Below are positions 1 through 13,632 of a stretch of DNA of 64,000 bases, in pieces (the stretch's first letter is position 1; every line of letters starts with the position of its first letter). Origin of the DNA: Malacoraja senta (Eukaryota); assembly GCA_038087875.1 (NCBI GenBank), contig CM075979.1, forward strand, positions 17,360,001 through 17,424,000. Direction: 5' to 3'. A program made the translations under genes and the position numbers. The notes beneath the pieces are model-generated. The model was not told the DNA's origin. It did no database searches and worked only from the letters and a program-made list of their open reading frames with translations.

Positions 1-66
1 GTTCAGTGTGTCTATATAGCATAGACCATATATATATACGCATAAATAAACAGATAAAGTGCAATA

Positions 67-1346
67 GGCTGTTATAGTTCAGAGTTTGTATGATGGCGAG
101 TTTAATAGCCTGATGGCTGTGGGGAAGGAGCTGTTCCTGAACCTTGATGTACCAGATTTCAGGCTCCTGTACCTTCTACCTGATGGCAGCGGAGAGATGA
201 GTGTGTGGCCAAGATGGTGTGGGTCCTTGATGATGTTGACAGCCTTTTTAAGACAGCGACTGCGATAGATCCCTTCGATGGTGGGGAGGTCAGAGCCGAT
301 GATAGTCACAACTTTCTGCATTCTTTTCCGCTTCTGGACGCTGAAGTTGCCGAACCAAGCCACGATGCAACCATTCAGCATGCTCTCTACTGTGCACCTG
401 TAGAAGTTCGAGAGAGTCCTCTTTGACATACCAACTCTCCGTAATCTTATCAGGAAGTAGAGGCGCTGATGTGCTTTCTTTATAATTGCATCAGTGTGCT
501 GGGACCAGGAAAGATCTTTGGAAATATGTACGCCCAGGAATTTGAAGTTCTTGACCCTTTCCACCATCGTCCCATTGATATAAACGGGATTGTGGGTCCC
601 TATCCTACCCCTTCCAAAGTCCACAATCAGTTCCTTGGTTTTGCTGGTGTTGAGAGCCAGGTTATTATGCTGGCACTATTTGGTCAATCGGTCGATCTCA
701 CTTCTATACTCTGACTCGTCACCATCAGTGATTCGTCCCATAACAGTGGTGTCGTCGGCAAACTTGATGATGGAGTTCGCACTATGTCCGGCTACGCAGT
801 CATGAGTATAGAGTGAGTACAGCAGGGGGCTGAGCACGCAGCCTTGAGGTGCTCCAGTGCTGATTGTTATTGAGGATGACACATTTCCACCAATACGGAC
901 AGACTGGTCTGTGGATGAGGAAGTCGAGGATCCAATTGCAGAGGGATGCGCAGAGACCCAGATCTGACAGCTTGGTAACCATCTTGGATGATGGTGTTAA
1001 ACGCCGAGCTGTAGTCAATGAATAACAGCCTAACATATGAGTTTTTGTTGTCCAAGTGGTCGAGAGCGGAGTGGTGAGCCAGTGAGATCGCATCCACCGT
1101 TGATCTGTTGTGGCGGTAAGCGAACTGCAGTGGGTCGAGGTTCTTGTCGAGATAGGAGTTGATATGCGCCATAATCAACCTCTCCAAGCACTTCATCACC
1201 ACAGACGTTAGTGCTACTGGTCGATAGTCGTTGAGGCATGTCACTTTGCTCTTCTTGGGCACCGGTATTATTGAAGCCCTTTTAAAGCAGGTGGGAACCT
1301 CAGACCTCAGAAGTGAGAGGTTGAAAATGTCCAAGCTGTATGACAC
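67..1346 (-). mobile_element. Rex1/Babar-type non-LTR retrotransposon, 5'-truncated, frameshifted RT and C-terminal region
   Basis: ORFs 867..1346 ([30 protein letters not shown]), 676..882 (GAPQGCVLSPLLYSLYT, KFADD) and 79..624 (KFLGVHIS, KKAHQRLYFL, RFRNSSFPTAIRLLN) are consecutive pieces of one RT ORF. Confidence 0.85.
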
Positions 1347-1754
1347 TGAGGTTAAATTAAAGTATAATATAAGTTCTGTCTTATTGTATTAAGGGACATT
1401 TTGCAAAGGGGCAAATTCTCTTCTTGATCAAATACAAATCACCTGTGTTATCCTTTCATTACCTTTCCCATCCACACTGCAATATTGCTCTCCCCTCCTT
1501 CCACCCCGCTAGCACATCACACCCTCTCACTCTTGATCCCATTCCCACTTCGCCGATGTCATGTGTCGCCGATCGTGCCCTGGAAATTGTCACCACCAGC
1601 AACTCCCTTCTCCTCTCCCCGCCATCCACTTCCCCTGCCCATGATGTACCCTCCCCCTTCCATCCCCTCCCCATTTCCCCTTCCTCTTCCTCTTCCTCCC
1701 CCTGCCGTCCACTTCCCTCTCCCTTCCCCCGCAGTTACCGGGCCTCACTCCTAC

Positions 1755-1901
1755 CTCGTCGGTGAGTGAACGGAAAGGAAGCGCCCCGATGATGACGGTC
1801 TGATCAATCCGATCATACCAGTGGCGACCGAACATCTTGGACATGAAGACGTTGTAGCCCAAACTCGGATAAAACACGATCCGTGCAAACAACGCCGCCA
1901 T
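1755..1901 (-). CDS. PTPMT1: Phosphatidylglycerophosphatase / protein-tyrosine phosphatase mitochondrial 1, coding exon 1 (gene continues beyond the left edge)
   Basis: [49 protein letters not shown] matches the PTPMT1 N-terminus (ARVLFYPTLLY...WYHRIDPTVLLGALPLRSL). Kozak-like agaATGG. Phase-0 donor GAG|GTAGGA at 1755/1754 after 49 codons. GC-rich context. Confidence 0.92.
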
Positions 1902-2135
1902 TCTTAACTGCCGTGTCCGGTCAGCCCCGTCCCGTCACATTAGATGTCCCCCCTGCCCTGCTAGCAACAGTGCCGCCCGCTCTTGCTCTAGTATCTTTGG
2001 TGCCGCCGGGAAGACAGAGATCCCATCTGTCAGCTTCAGAGCAACCTGGAGGCTGGTGAATGCACCGCATCTGAAATAAAAGAGAATATTGGAAACCCGC
2101 GGACCCTTCAAACAGCATCTCTTGGGAGAAAAATA

Positions 2136-2270
2136 TACTTCAAGAGGGTCTCGACCCGAAACGTCACCCATTCCTTCTCTCCGGAGATACTGCCTGACCC
2201 GCTGAGTTACTCCAGCATGTTGTGTCTATCTTCGGTGTAAACCAGCATCTGTAGTTCATTGCTACACACT
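2136..2270 (+). repeat. Penelope-derived short dispersed repeat with hammerhead-like core; further copies near 2748, 15123, 17215-17340, 32367-32560, 39296, 48565-48840, 54190, 59893, 63715-63890
   Basis: Recurrent (ctgaaga)agggtctcgacccgaaacgtcacc...ccagagatgctgcctgacccgctgagttactccagca. Related sequence caps the GIY-YIG elements at 3862 and 39509. Confidence 0.75.
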
Positions 2271-3861
2271 TCTTCTTCATCAATGCTGCTTACTTTAGAA
2301 AACTGGGAAACGTCCAGACTATTTAAAAACACACTGAAAAATACAAACCCTGAAGATACTGGATGATTTAACATGGTTGGATAGTAATAATATAATCAGA
2401 AAAATAATATTAAGTTGGATGCACAACTTTCCCCCGCTGTATTACCTATGAAAAATGAATAGAGTAGCTACTCAACGCAGCTGGAATCACAATCGGAAAG
2501 AACTATTATTCCTTCTTCAGACCCGAAGCGTTACCTTTTCTTTTTCTCCAGAGAAGCTGCCTGACCCGCTTACCCAGGAGATGGTATGGAGGTGATTCAC
2601 CAGGATATTACCTGGAATGAGGATCTCAATTATAAAGAGAGATTAGATAAGGTTGGGGTTGTTTTCCTTGGAGCAGAGAATTCTCACGTGTACACAGTTA
2701 TGAGGGGCATAGATAGGATAGACAGTAATATACTTTCCCCGTGACATTCTGAAGAACGGTCTCGACCCGAGACGTCACCCATTCCTTCTCTCCAGAGATG
2801 CTGCCTGACCCGCTGAGTTACTCCGGCATTTTGTGCCTATATTTCCCATGACATTGTTGAGCATAAGAGGGCCAGGATAAGCCAAAAGGCTTGTGCGCTG
2901 TGTGACAAATTACAACGTTCATTTAACATCTCTGGCAATGAACACTACTGCAACCCTGAACTAGATTTTCCGTGTAGATTCTGCATTTTGTCCATGAAAT
3001 GCTTGCTCAGATTCCACACACCAAGCTAAATTGTTAACTTATTTTTTTAATTTAAACTAAACTAAGAAATTAAGCGAACAATTTTGCTTGGTATGTGCAA
3101 TCTGAACAAGAAGCATTTCAATTATTCATATATTTACCGTACGTGGTATCCAATGTTTGTAATGAAAGTTAGCTTTCAGTTTTCAAAAAGTGTAAACAAT
3201 CCTGTTAATGTGCTAAAATTATTTACGCTTAGTATTGCCAATTGTGACATGAGTAAACTGTCCATTCCAAATGGGTTTGTTGAACTTCAGACCAAAGACA
3301 TTAGAACCGCAAACAACATTTGTCTATTTCACATTGTCAAAAGATTGCTGCTCGGCATTCTGTTAAATTATTTTGATCATATTTGATAGCCTTGTAAAAA
3401 CATAAGTTTGCAAGAACTTTTTTAACTTTTTCTTTGATATTTTAATTTATGTCTGAAAATTTATATTAAGGATTACTATGATGAAATACAGGGGGGGGGG
3501 GGGTCTTCATTTCTCAATAAGTCGTTACACAAGTTATATTGTGAGTTCTAAAGGGCCTGTCCCACTTACGTGTCCTTGGCACGCAAATTATGCGACGGTG
3601 GTGCGCATTTTCAAGCTTCTGCATCTTTTGCCTGACGGAAGCAGGGAGAATATCTCTACTTTAATTCTATTTGCTCCCATTTGATCCATATACCTCAATG
3701 ACCTAACCTAATATCAATTGTTCCAGCAGCCGAAGTAATTTCTGCTCCACATTGCATGAAAAAAACGAATGATTTAATTCCTAAAAGTTTTGGTTTATTT
3801 TTGTCACATGTATGGAGGTGAAAGGTTTTGTTTTGCATGCTATCCAAACAGATACAATAAG

Positions 3862-5070
3862 GACACAAAGTGCTGGAGTAACTCAACGGGTCAGGCAGCC
3901 TCTGGAGAACGGGGATAGGTGACAATTCGGGTCGGGACCCTTGAGACTGATTTTCGGAGGGATGGGGGAAAGAAAGTGTGGCAGGTAATAAATGGACGCA
4001 GGCAAGGAGGGTTAATGTTGGGCAGATGGTTGGAAGACAGGTCAGCGATAAAAGTAGAAGATGTGAGATAAAGATTGAGGAGTTGCAAATCCTGATCCAG
4101 AGGAAAGGATGTAGGAGGAGAGGGAGGGGAGAAATAGGTGGGAGTCCAGGTAGGGCACAGGGGATGAGGAGGAGGGGTTGTGGTGGTGTCAAAAGGGGAG
4201 GGGGAGTTGTGAGAGGTTTCCCAATATTAGAGAATTCAATGTTCATACCATTGGGTTGTAAGCCACCCAAGAGGAATAGGAGGTGTTGTTCCTCCAGTTT
4301 GCCTGTGGCCTCACTCCAACAATGGAGGCAGCTCAGGACAGAAAGGTCAGAATGGGAGGAGTTAGAATGCAACTGGGAGATTCGGTAGACCTTGGCTGAC
4401 CAAGCACAAGTGTTCAGCGAAACAGTCGCAAAGTCCACGCTTGGCCTCACCAGTATACAGGAGGCCACATCGGGAACACCAGATGCAGTAGATGAGGTTA
4501 GCGGAGGTGCACCAGGAAGTACTGCTGGGATCCCTGGATGGAGGCAAGGAGGCGAGGAGGTTTAGGGACAGGTGTGACATCTTCTGCGGGAAAATGCCTG
4601 GGGAGGGGATGGTTTGCATGAGTAAACCAAGGAGTTGCAGAGGGAATGGTCTCTGCAGAAGAAGCAGAATGGAAATGGATGGAGATGGAAAGATGCAACT
4701 GATGGTGGGATAACGGAGGTAAAGGAAATGTCAGAGTATGATGTGTTGGATATGGAGGCTGGTCATATGAAAGATGAGGACCAGGTGAATGCTATCATTG
4801 TTCCATTTGGAGGAGAGGGAGTGAGAGCAGAACCACTGACACAGGAGATACAAGTGAGGGATGCATCTATGACAAGAAGGGGGAAACCGCATTTACTAAA
4901 GAATTAGTACATCTTGGATGTCCTCGAATGGAAAGTCTCATCTTGGGAGCAGATGTAGCAGAGATGGAGGAATTAAGAGTAGAGAATAGCGTCTATGCAA
5001 GAGGCAGGGTGGAAGTGTAGTTCAGATAACTGTGAGTCAGTAGGTTTATCGTAGATGTCAGTCGATAGTT
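3862..5070 (-). mobile_element. Degenerate Penelope-like element (GIY-YIG endonuclease end plus terminal repeat)
   Basis: ORF 4362..4619 NLIYCIWCSRCGLLYTGEAKRGLCDCFAEHL. ORF 3695..4468 HSDLSVLSCLHCWSEATGKLEEQHLLFLLGGLQPNGMNIEFS. Collinear with 39509-40989. Confidence 0.8.
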
Positions 5071-5139
5071 ACCATACATAGATATAATCAGTTCAAAGTC
5101 AGGTACAACAGTAGAACGAAGAAGATAGAGTGCATGTAG

Positions 5140-8100
5140 TTCTCAGCATTGTGGCACATCAGTTCCTTAGAAAAAACCCAATGTTCTCAATGGGGTGGAG
5201 GTGAATCAAACAGTACCCTAGCTTATGGAAGGACTGTTCAGAAGCCTGAATACAGGGTAAGAAGCTGTTCCAGAGTCTGTTGGTGCACACTTTCCAGCTT
5301 ACGTACCCTCTATCGGATCGGAGCAGGAAGGAGGAATGACCAGGATAGGATATGATGCCTTTGATTGTGTTAGCTGCTTTTTCCAAGTCAGCGTGCTGTA
5401 GATGGAGTAAATGGTGCAGATAGCTATTAATGACTATGATAGTTGGGATCACGGAGACATGGCTCCAGGGTGACCAAGGCTGGGAGCTGAACATCCAGGG
5501 ATATTCAATATTCAGGAGGGATAGAGAGAAAGGAAAATGAGGTGGGGTAGCGTTGCTGATTAGAGAGGAGATTAACGCAATGGAAAGGAAGGACATTAGT
5601 TTCGAGGATGTGGAATCGGTATGGGTAGAGCTGCGAAACACTAAGGGGCAGAAAACGCTGGTGGGTGTTGTGTACAGGCCACCTAACAGTAGTAGTGAAG
5701 TTGGAGATGGTATCAAACAGGAAATTAGAAATGCGTGCGACAAAGGCAAAACAGTTATAATGGGTGACTTCAATCTACATATAGATTGGGTGAATCAAAT
5801 TGGCAGGGGTGCTGAGGAAGAGGATTTCTTGGAATGTATGCGGGATAGTTATCCAAATCAACATGTAGAGGAACCAACGAGAGAGCAGGCTATTTTAGAC
5901 TGGGTATTGAGTAATGAGGAAGGGTTAGTTAGCAGTCTTGTTGTACGTGCCCCCTTGGGCAAGAGTGACCATAATATGGTTGAGTTCTTCATTAGGATGG
6001 AGAGTGACATTGTTAATTCAGAAACAATGGTTCTGAACTTAAAGAAAGGTAACTTTGAGGGTATGAGATGTGAATTGGCCAAGATTGACTGGCAATTAAT
6101 TCTAAAAGGGTTGACGGTGGATATGCAATGGAAGACATTTAAAGACTGCATGGATGAATTACAAAAATTGTTCATCCCAGTTTGGCAAAAGAATAAATCA
6201 GGGAAGGTAGTGCATCCGTGGATAACAAGGGAAATCAGGGATGGTATCAAAGTGAAGGATGATGCATACAAATTAGCCAGAAAAAGCAGCATACCGGAGG
6301 ACTGGGAGAAATTCAGAGACCAGCAGAGGAGGACAAAGGGCTTAATTAGGAAAGGAAAAATAGATTATGAAAGAAAACTGGCAGGGAACATAAAAACTGA
6401 CTGCAAACGTTTTTATAGATATGTGAAAAGAAAGAGATTAGTTAAAACAAATGTAGGTCCCTTGAGGTCAGAAACAGGCGAGTTGATCATGGGGAACAAG
6501 GATATGGCGGACCAAATGAATAACTACTTTGGTTCCGTCTTCACTAAGGAAGACATAAATAATCTTCCGGAAATAGCAGGGGACCGCGGGTCAAAGGAGT
6601 TGGAGGAATTGAGTGAAATCCAGATTAGTCGGGAAGTGGTGTTGGGTAAATTGAATGGATTAAAGGCCGATAAATCCCCAGGTCCAGATTGGCTGCATCC
6701 CAGAGTACTTAAGGAAGTAGCTCCAGAAATAGTGGATGCATTAGTAATAATCTTTCAAAACTCTTTAGATTCTGGAGTAGTTCCTGAGGATTGGCGGGTA
6801 GCAAACGTAACCCCACTTTTTAAGAAGGGAGGGAGAGAGAAAACGGGGAATTACAGACCAGTTAGTCTAACATCGGTAGTGGGGAAACTGCTAGTCAGTT
6901 ATTAAAGATGGGATAGCAGCACATTTGGAAAGTGGTGAAATCATTGGACAAAGTCAGCATGGATTTACGAAAGGTAAATCATGTCTGACGAATCTTATAG
7001 AATTTTTCGAGGATGTAACTAGTAGCGTGGATAGGGGAGAACCATTGGATGTGGTGTATCTGGACTTCCAGAAGGCTTTCGACAAGGTCCCACATAAGAG
7101 ATTAGTATACAAACTTAAAGCACATGGCATTGGGGGTTCAGTATTGATGTGGATAGAGAACTGGCTGGCAAACAGGAAGCAAAGAGTAGGAGTAAACGGG
7201 TCCTTTTCACAATGGCAGGCAGTGACTAGTGGGGTGCCGCAAGGCTCAGTGCTGGGACCCCAGCTATTTACAATATATATTAATGATCTGGATGAGGGAA
7301 TTGAAGGCAATATCTCCAAGTTTTGTTTTGGTCTCCAAATCTGAAGGACATTATTGCCATAGAGGGAGTGCAGAGAAGGTTCACCAGACTGATTCCTGGG
7401 ATGTCAGGACTGTCTTATGAAGAAAGACTGGATAGACTTGGTTTATACTCTCTAGAATTTAGGAGATTGAGAGGGGATCTTATAGAAACTTACAAAATTC
7501 TTAAGGGGTTGGACAGGCTAGATGCAGGAATATTGCTCCCGATGTTGGGGAAGTCCAGGACAAGGGGTCACAGCTTAAGGATAAGGGGGAAATCCTTTAA
7601 AACTGAGATGAGAATAACTTTTTTCACTCAGAGAGTGGTGAATCTCTGGAACTCTCTGCCACAGAGGGTAGTCGAGGCCAGTTCATTGGCTATATTTAAG
7701 AGGGAGTTAGATGTGGCCCTTGTGGCTAAAGGGATCAGAGGGTATGGAGAGAAGGCAGGTACGGGATACTGAGTTGGATGATCAGCCATGATCATATTGA
7801 ATGGCGGTGCAGGCTCAAAGGGCCGAATGGCCTACTCCTGCACCTAATTTCTATGTTTCTATGTTTCTATGGTGGAGTCTGGTCTCTGTGATGGACTTGG
7901 CTACATCCACAACTCCCTGCAATTTCTTGTGGACTTGAGCAGAGCTGTTCCCAAATCAAACAGCGATGCAACCTAACAGTATGCTTTCCATGGTGCATCT
8001 GGAGGAGTTTGTAAGATTTACTGGAGAGATGCCGAATTTCCTCGGTCTCCTCGGGTTGTAGACACGTTGATGTGTCTTCTTGGCTATCGCATCAATGGTT

Positions 8101-9690
8101 TGTCCATGATTGATCATTGGTAATATTAATGTCAAGGAAAGTGAAGCTCGTAACCACTTCCACATCAGCCCCATTGATGCTGACTGGGGCATGTACTTCA
8201 CCATGCTTGCTGCAATCATAACTAGCTCCTTCATCGTGCTGACATTGAAAGAGAGTTTATTGTCCTGACACCATGTCACTAAGATCTATATCTCCTCCCT
8301 GTACTCTGTTTCATCATTGATATGATTTGATCCACCACAGTGGTGTCATCTGCAAACTTGTAGATGGAATTAGAGCCGATTTGGCCGTACTGTTAAAGGG
8401 AACATAATAGGGGACTGAGAATGCAACCTTGCAGGGCACTGGTGTTAAGTTATTGGAGAGAAGGTATTGTCACCTATCCTCATTGATTGAGGTCTGTGGG
8501 TCAGAAAGTCAAAGATCCAGTGGCAGAGGGGTGCTCATTCCTAAATCGCAGAGTTTGTAGATGAGTTTGGTTGGGATTATGTGTTGAATACAGGGCTATA
8601 ATTAATCAATAGAAGACTAACGTAAGAGTCCTTGTTGACTGGGTGTTCCAGAGATGAATTTAGGGCCGGAGAGATAGCGTCGGATGTGGACGCCAACAAT
8701 AAGCAAACTGCAGTAGATCAAGGCTGGCTGGGAGGCTGAAGTTAATGTGCACCATCAAATGTCTTTTGAAGCACTTCATGATGATGGATATCAAAGTCAC
8801 TGAACAGTAGACATTAAGACATGCTACCATACTTTTCTTTTGCACCAGGATGATATTGGCAACCTTAGAATGGAGAAGTGAGAGCTTAAAAATGCCTGCA
8901 AATGCCTCTATCAGCTGATCCACAGGTCCTGAAGACACAGCCAAGGACTTCATCCAGACAAGTTGCTTTCCGTGGATTCACTCTCAGGAAAGCCAATCTT
9001 ACATCAGCCTCAGAGAACCCATTGGGACAAGTGGACTCAAGACTTGCAGAGTGGGTGATGTTCTTCTACCAACCTTCTGTTCAAAGTGGGTGTAGAATGG
9101 TACCGAGTTCATCCAGGAGAGATCCATTGTTACCAACGACACTGCGTGCCTTAGCTTTGTAGCCCAATATAGCATGAAAGCCTTGCTACAATCTACGGTT
9201 ATCCGTGTCATTGCCTCGAGACTCCTGCTTAGTCTGGAATGCACCCTTGACATTCCTTATGGCTCTGCAAATATCGCAGATACATTTCATGGAATTCTCA
9301 GGATAGTTGACTTGAATGCTACAGACTTGGTCTTAACCTGGGAGTGGACCCCAAGGTTCATCCATGGTTTCCATTTGGAGAACATACAGTACATATCACC
9401 TTCTTTGGTACAGAGTCCCCTGCACACTTGCTGATAAAATATGTGACTACAGTGGCTTATTCATCAAGGTTAGGCACAAATTCCTTGAATACGTACCGTC
9501 CGCCGACTCAAAGCAGTTGTGAAGAATCTCATTTGTTTCCTCGGACCAGCTCTACTCAACTTTCTGTACCAAATCCTCCTGCTTCAGTTTCTGCTTGTAA
9601 GCAGAGAGTAGTAGAAGCACAGCCAGGTGATCGATATACTGAAGTGCAGTCCAGGATGGAGCTGTATGTTTTTTCTTTGGTTATGTAATT
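5140..9690 (-). mobile_element. Old Rex1/Babar-like LINE split by a CR1 insertion (5415-7870)
   Basis: 8660..8953 (IIMKCFKRHLMVHI, LDLLQFAY), 7956..8279 (WCQDNKLSFNVSTMKELV, KKTHQRVY) and the C-terminal part at 5159-5420 (TNRLWNSFLP) form one interrupted element. Confidence 0.65.
5415..7870 (+). mobile_element. CR1 LINE, 5'-truncated ORF2 (APE + RT) with frameshifts and an internal deletion at about 7323
   Basis: ORFs 5553..6905 (GVVYRPP, MGDFN, SDHN, GNYRPVSLTS), 6925..7344 ([20 protein letters not shown]), 7323..7772. 3' tail (TTTCTATG)n. Near-identical to the inverted copy at 54894-57730. Confidence 0.92.
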
Positions 9691-12227
9691 AAATCATAGA
9701 ATTCTATAGAAAAAAGGTCCAACCAACCCATTGTGTCCAAAAGGAACCAAAAAAAACACTGAAACCAAATACTCAGTACCTCTGCCAGCATCTGTGCAGA
9801 GAGGAAGTGTTAAAGTTTCAGATTGATGAGCTATCATCAGAATTGAGACAAGTTATAAATCAAACATGTTTTATGTTGGAGAGAAGAGAAGTGACCAATG
9901 GGAATGTGTATGAAAAAGCAAGAGAAGTGTCAAGAGAAACCAAATGTCACTTATGGTGCTGGAGCTGGCTGAGAGAAGCCAATTAAGATATGTTAATTAT
10001 GGCCAATCGATTTGGAGCAGGTGTAAACAAAAGTAAATGAAGGAAAACAGGAGGGAAAATGCATTGCTGACATTGCTGTGAGATAAGAACAGTGCAATCG
10101 CTAAAAAAAACCTGAAATGAAAGAAAATGCTGGAAATGGCTGGTCAGGCAGCATCTGTGAGGAAAGAAAAAAATATTACATCTCTATTCCCTGCCTCAGA
10201 ACAGGCCAGATATGACTCATCTGGGAAGATGGAATTGTTGCAATCAATGTCTTGGTAGGTGCTTTTGCAAAAGCCTTGGTAGATGACCATATAAATCAAC
10301 ACAATCATCTAATGGTCTGTTCTGGTTTACAAGGCCCAACCAGGGGAAATAGGTTCACCTATCAAATCCTTTATTTTTCAATTAAAACTCAATTTGAAAA
10401 ATAATAAATATTCTGAATTCAAGGGAGACAAACCAAGGTTACGAAATCTATCCACGTGACAAAATATTGGCGTAATAGTGGTGTATATCAACTTGCAACA
10501 CCAGTTTATAGTTTTTGATGATTTAGCACTTAGTATTGAAGTAGGGTGCCAGATGAGATCTAACCAAGGTTCAGAGAATCGCCTTGTCCCCATTGTTTTC
10601 TTGCACTCTTGAGATAAAAGTCAATATTCCATTAGTATCATAATTACACCCCGTTATTTTCCTGGTCACCTCAATCTCTTCCGTCGCTTCCAAACATCCA
10701 AGTCGTTCGCTGTTAAAAATATTTTCATTTTGTCTTGAATTCAAAATGATAGGGGCGGGTACAATTATGGCATTTAAAAGACAGACGTATGGTTAGGAAA
10801 TACTTGGAAAGATTGGGCCCGACAAAGGCAAGAGCTCAGCTAAGGAACTTTGTCAGCCTGGACAAATTGGATCAAAGGGCCTGCTTCTGTGCTATGACTT
10901 AACTTAACATTTGCATTATTGAACTGCCCACTCTTAATCAGTGCTGTAATTAATATGCAAGCCAAGAAATAAAGGCTTTTTGATTAATTTATCAATTACA
11001 GCCAGAGCATTGTTTCTAAAATATATCTAGTACTAGAGATCCTGGTCAGTACAATATTTCCTACGAACATGGTATTTGGTGTAAAATAGTCTTAAATCAA
11101 AATTTGTACAAACTATTTTAAAGTATTATTTTAATAGTGTTACTGGAATTTAGAAATAAATGATATTCTTATCAAAGCCTTCATTGTGTAAGCAAATATT
11201 GTCACACATTTTAAAGATAGATCAGTAAGAAAATACAACAATGTAAACACAGACTAATGTAAAGCCATATTTGTGTAACATATATAATGAAATATGTTCC
11301 CTTTAGATTTACAGATTTAAGAGATAATTTAATAAAATTATGGCCCTTAGAACGTATTTTGTTAAGTTTTATTTAGTCTTAAAACATGCCTCAAATACAA
11401 AAAAAAGTAAGCATTTAATTATATCTCCATTACCAGACCATTCAAAAGAGTCAAACTCCTTTAATTTTTTTTAAAATAATTCCCTCTCAGCCATATATCT
11501 GTTTCTAAATCTTTGGTTTAAAAGGATCAAACATTACTACTTTAACACTTACTGTTCCACTCTGTTGAATTCCTGGACACGCCATTGACTTTGTTTCACA
11601 GTTCAAGGAAGTTTAAGTGAATTGTGTTGTTTAAGAAAAGAAAATAACACTGAAGGATCCTTCAATGTTTTCAAAAATCTCCTCAGCTCCTCACTGTCAT
11701 GATTGCTTTCACATGCTTTTTCTTAATAATTATTTGTGCCGTTTTTTTGTTATTGATATGGCAAATAGCATTGACTTAAAAAATGTATCATGTCCCCCAA
11801 ATTCCTTGTTTTCTTAAGGAGAAACTCTACCCAATCTTCTTGCCTTCCATTCCCTTCAGTATGTCTCCTACCATATAAAAAATTTCCAAATGGAACCTGG
11901 CACCTGTCTCCATCATTGCTGCTCTTCCAACAATAGTAAACTGATATACAAAATGAGCTGAGATGACCAGCAAAATCATCTTACCAAATGCATACTTCCA
12001 ATTTACACGTTGAACTAAGAACTCATCTGTGCACAACTGAATATATGAATCTCCTCAGCCAAAGTTAACATAATTTTAAAATTGTATGTTGGAGTAAAAT
12101 TGTTTAACTTAGAACTTCTGTTTGTTTTTTGTGAATACTGTTTAACGCTTTCACAAACATGTCCATATTTTTTTTAATGACCAGTAAAAGTTATTATTTG
12201 ATTCTTACACTTACAATTATATTTTTT

Positions 12228-12364
12228 GGGTGGGAGATTGCAACCTTCACGTGGTCCACCCTGTTTCGACTAATGCAATCAACCCGATGTGCACAAACAA
12301 AAGATCAAACAGAACAAGTTGACCTGCAACTTTAGGCTGTGCATGCCATATGCAAGAAGAAGAA
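12228..12364 (+). repeat. Short (~135 bp) retroposon-like insert ending in (AAG)n
   Basis: GC-richer island in AT-rich DNA ending GCAAGAAGAAGAA, the same terminus as the LINE at 60066. Confidence 0.4.
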
Positions 12365-13170
12365 TGATATTTTTAAACATTAGTATTATATATTACATTT
12401 TGTAAATTAAAAAATAAATATTATAAAGTTAAAGGTTGGCTATAAAGAGCTAATAAAATGAAGGCTGAATTTATTACCTTTTCAAAATTCCACTATTTGT
12501 TTGGCCAGTAAAATATTGTGACCTACCTATGCAAAATACATTTGCAGGTTTCAGCACTCCTATTGTCTTTAAGCGTACCGTGGACCTAAGAACATAGTAA
12601 ATCATTTAAGTTTTACTTACTTTTCCTAGTGTATCCTAGAAATGTATATATCATTAAAATGCTGGAACGCTGGTCCCCATCAGGTTTACTTCTTCACTTA
12701 CCTTTTCTGTCGTCTCTTGGATTATCCTTGCATTGCAAAAGCATCAAATGATTCAGTCCTGGGAGCCAGTCTTTGGTAAAAGGCTTCCATTCTTATATTT
12801 CTCATGAAGTACTTTGAAATATATTATCTAATGCCGACTATTGATCATAAACAAATATTTCTTTGTCATTCATTGTGAACATGTCTGACATCTTTGGTTG
12901 GCTGAAAGCATTAGCACATTTGAAGTCCAATAATAATGAAAAAATATACAGAATGCATTCTCTAATCCACGCTCCTCCAATAAACACTTTTAAATATGAA
13001 TACAATCTTATTAATTGTTTTCTAAGACAAAGTCTACATTACGACATTAACATTTGGGGATTATATTTAGTTTTATCCCCTGTGAATTCATAGCATGTAA
13101 GTTTTAGAGGAGACTGCAGAAGCCACTTCCTCGAGCATAGTAAACTTGGTAATTAAAATTTCTGCCAGAC

Positions 13171-13365
13171 TCAGAATTCTTTAAGTTGTCTTCTGATGAT
13201 TTCAGGCAATGGCAGTGTGTCTATGTGGACTTTATCTACCAGATGTTGCAGGACTGTGTATAAACACTGTTCTTGCAGTGACAGAAACCGGCAGCTTCTC
13301 ATCTCCAGATGAAGTTCTGTTTCTGCAGCTGTAGAACTGACAATAGGATACAGGGGTACTCCAAC
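13171..13365 (-). CDS. SPSB3-like gene, last coding exon (end of SPRY + SOCS box)
   Basis: Acceptor cctctcAG|GTT. Translates to VGVPLYPIVSSTAAETELHLEMRSCRFLSLQEQCLYTVLQHLVDKVHIDTLPLPEIIRRQLKEF*, with SOCS box SLQxxC...LPLP. Not in the ORF track. Confidence 0.88.
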   Translation of the reverse strand, partial: VGVPLYPIVSSTAAETELHLEMRSCRFLSLQEQCLYTVLQHLVDKVHIDTLPLPEIIRRQLKEF

Positions 13366-13632
13366 CTGAGAGGATTCAAAGGAAACCAGAGTCAGTGTAT
13401 GGAAATTAAGTATTGTATTAATTATTATTAAGTATTATTATATGCCACTTTAATCTCCGTTCTTAAAATATTTTACACTATTTCAGTGCCGTAAATTAAA
13501 AAAAATGTTTGTTCATGTCAGACGCAAGAGGGATCTTCTTAACGGTCTAAGGTTTGTATGGTCTTTTTTAAATAGATAATAATCTTCAAAAGGATACACA
13601 TGGTGTCTTCATATTAAGTTTTTGATTAATGA

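Noticed and set aside
1590-1754. C-terminal half of the 103-aa ORF 1590..1901
   Set aside because: Read-through into intron 1 past the GTAGGA donor; low-complexity and not PTPMT1-like.
5159-7319. Minus-strand ORFs 5159..5773, 5858..6292, 6954..7319 and their twins at 55372-58744 (+)
   Set aside because: Antisense frames of CR1; they recur only because the element is repeated.
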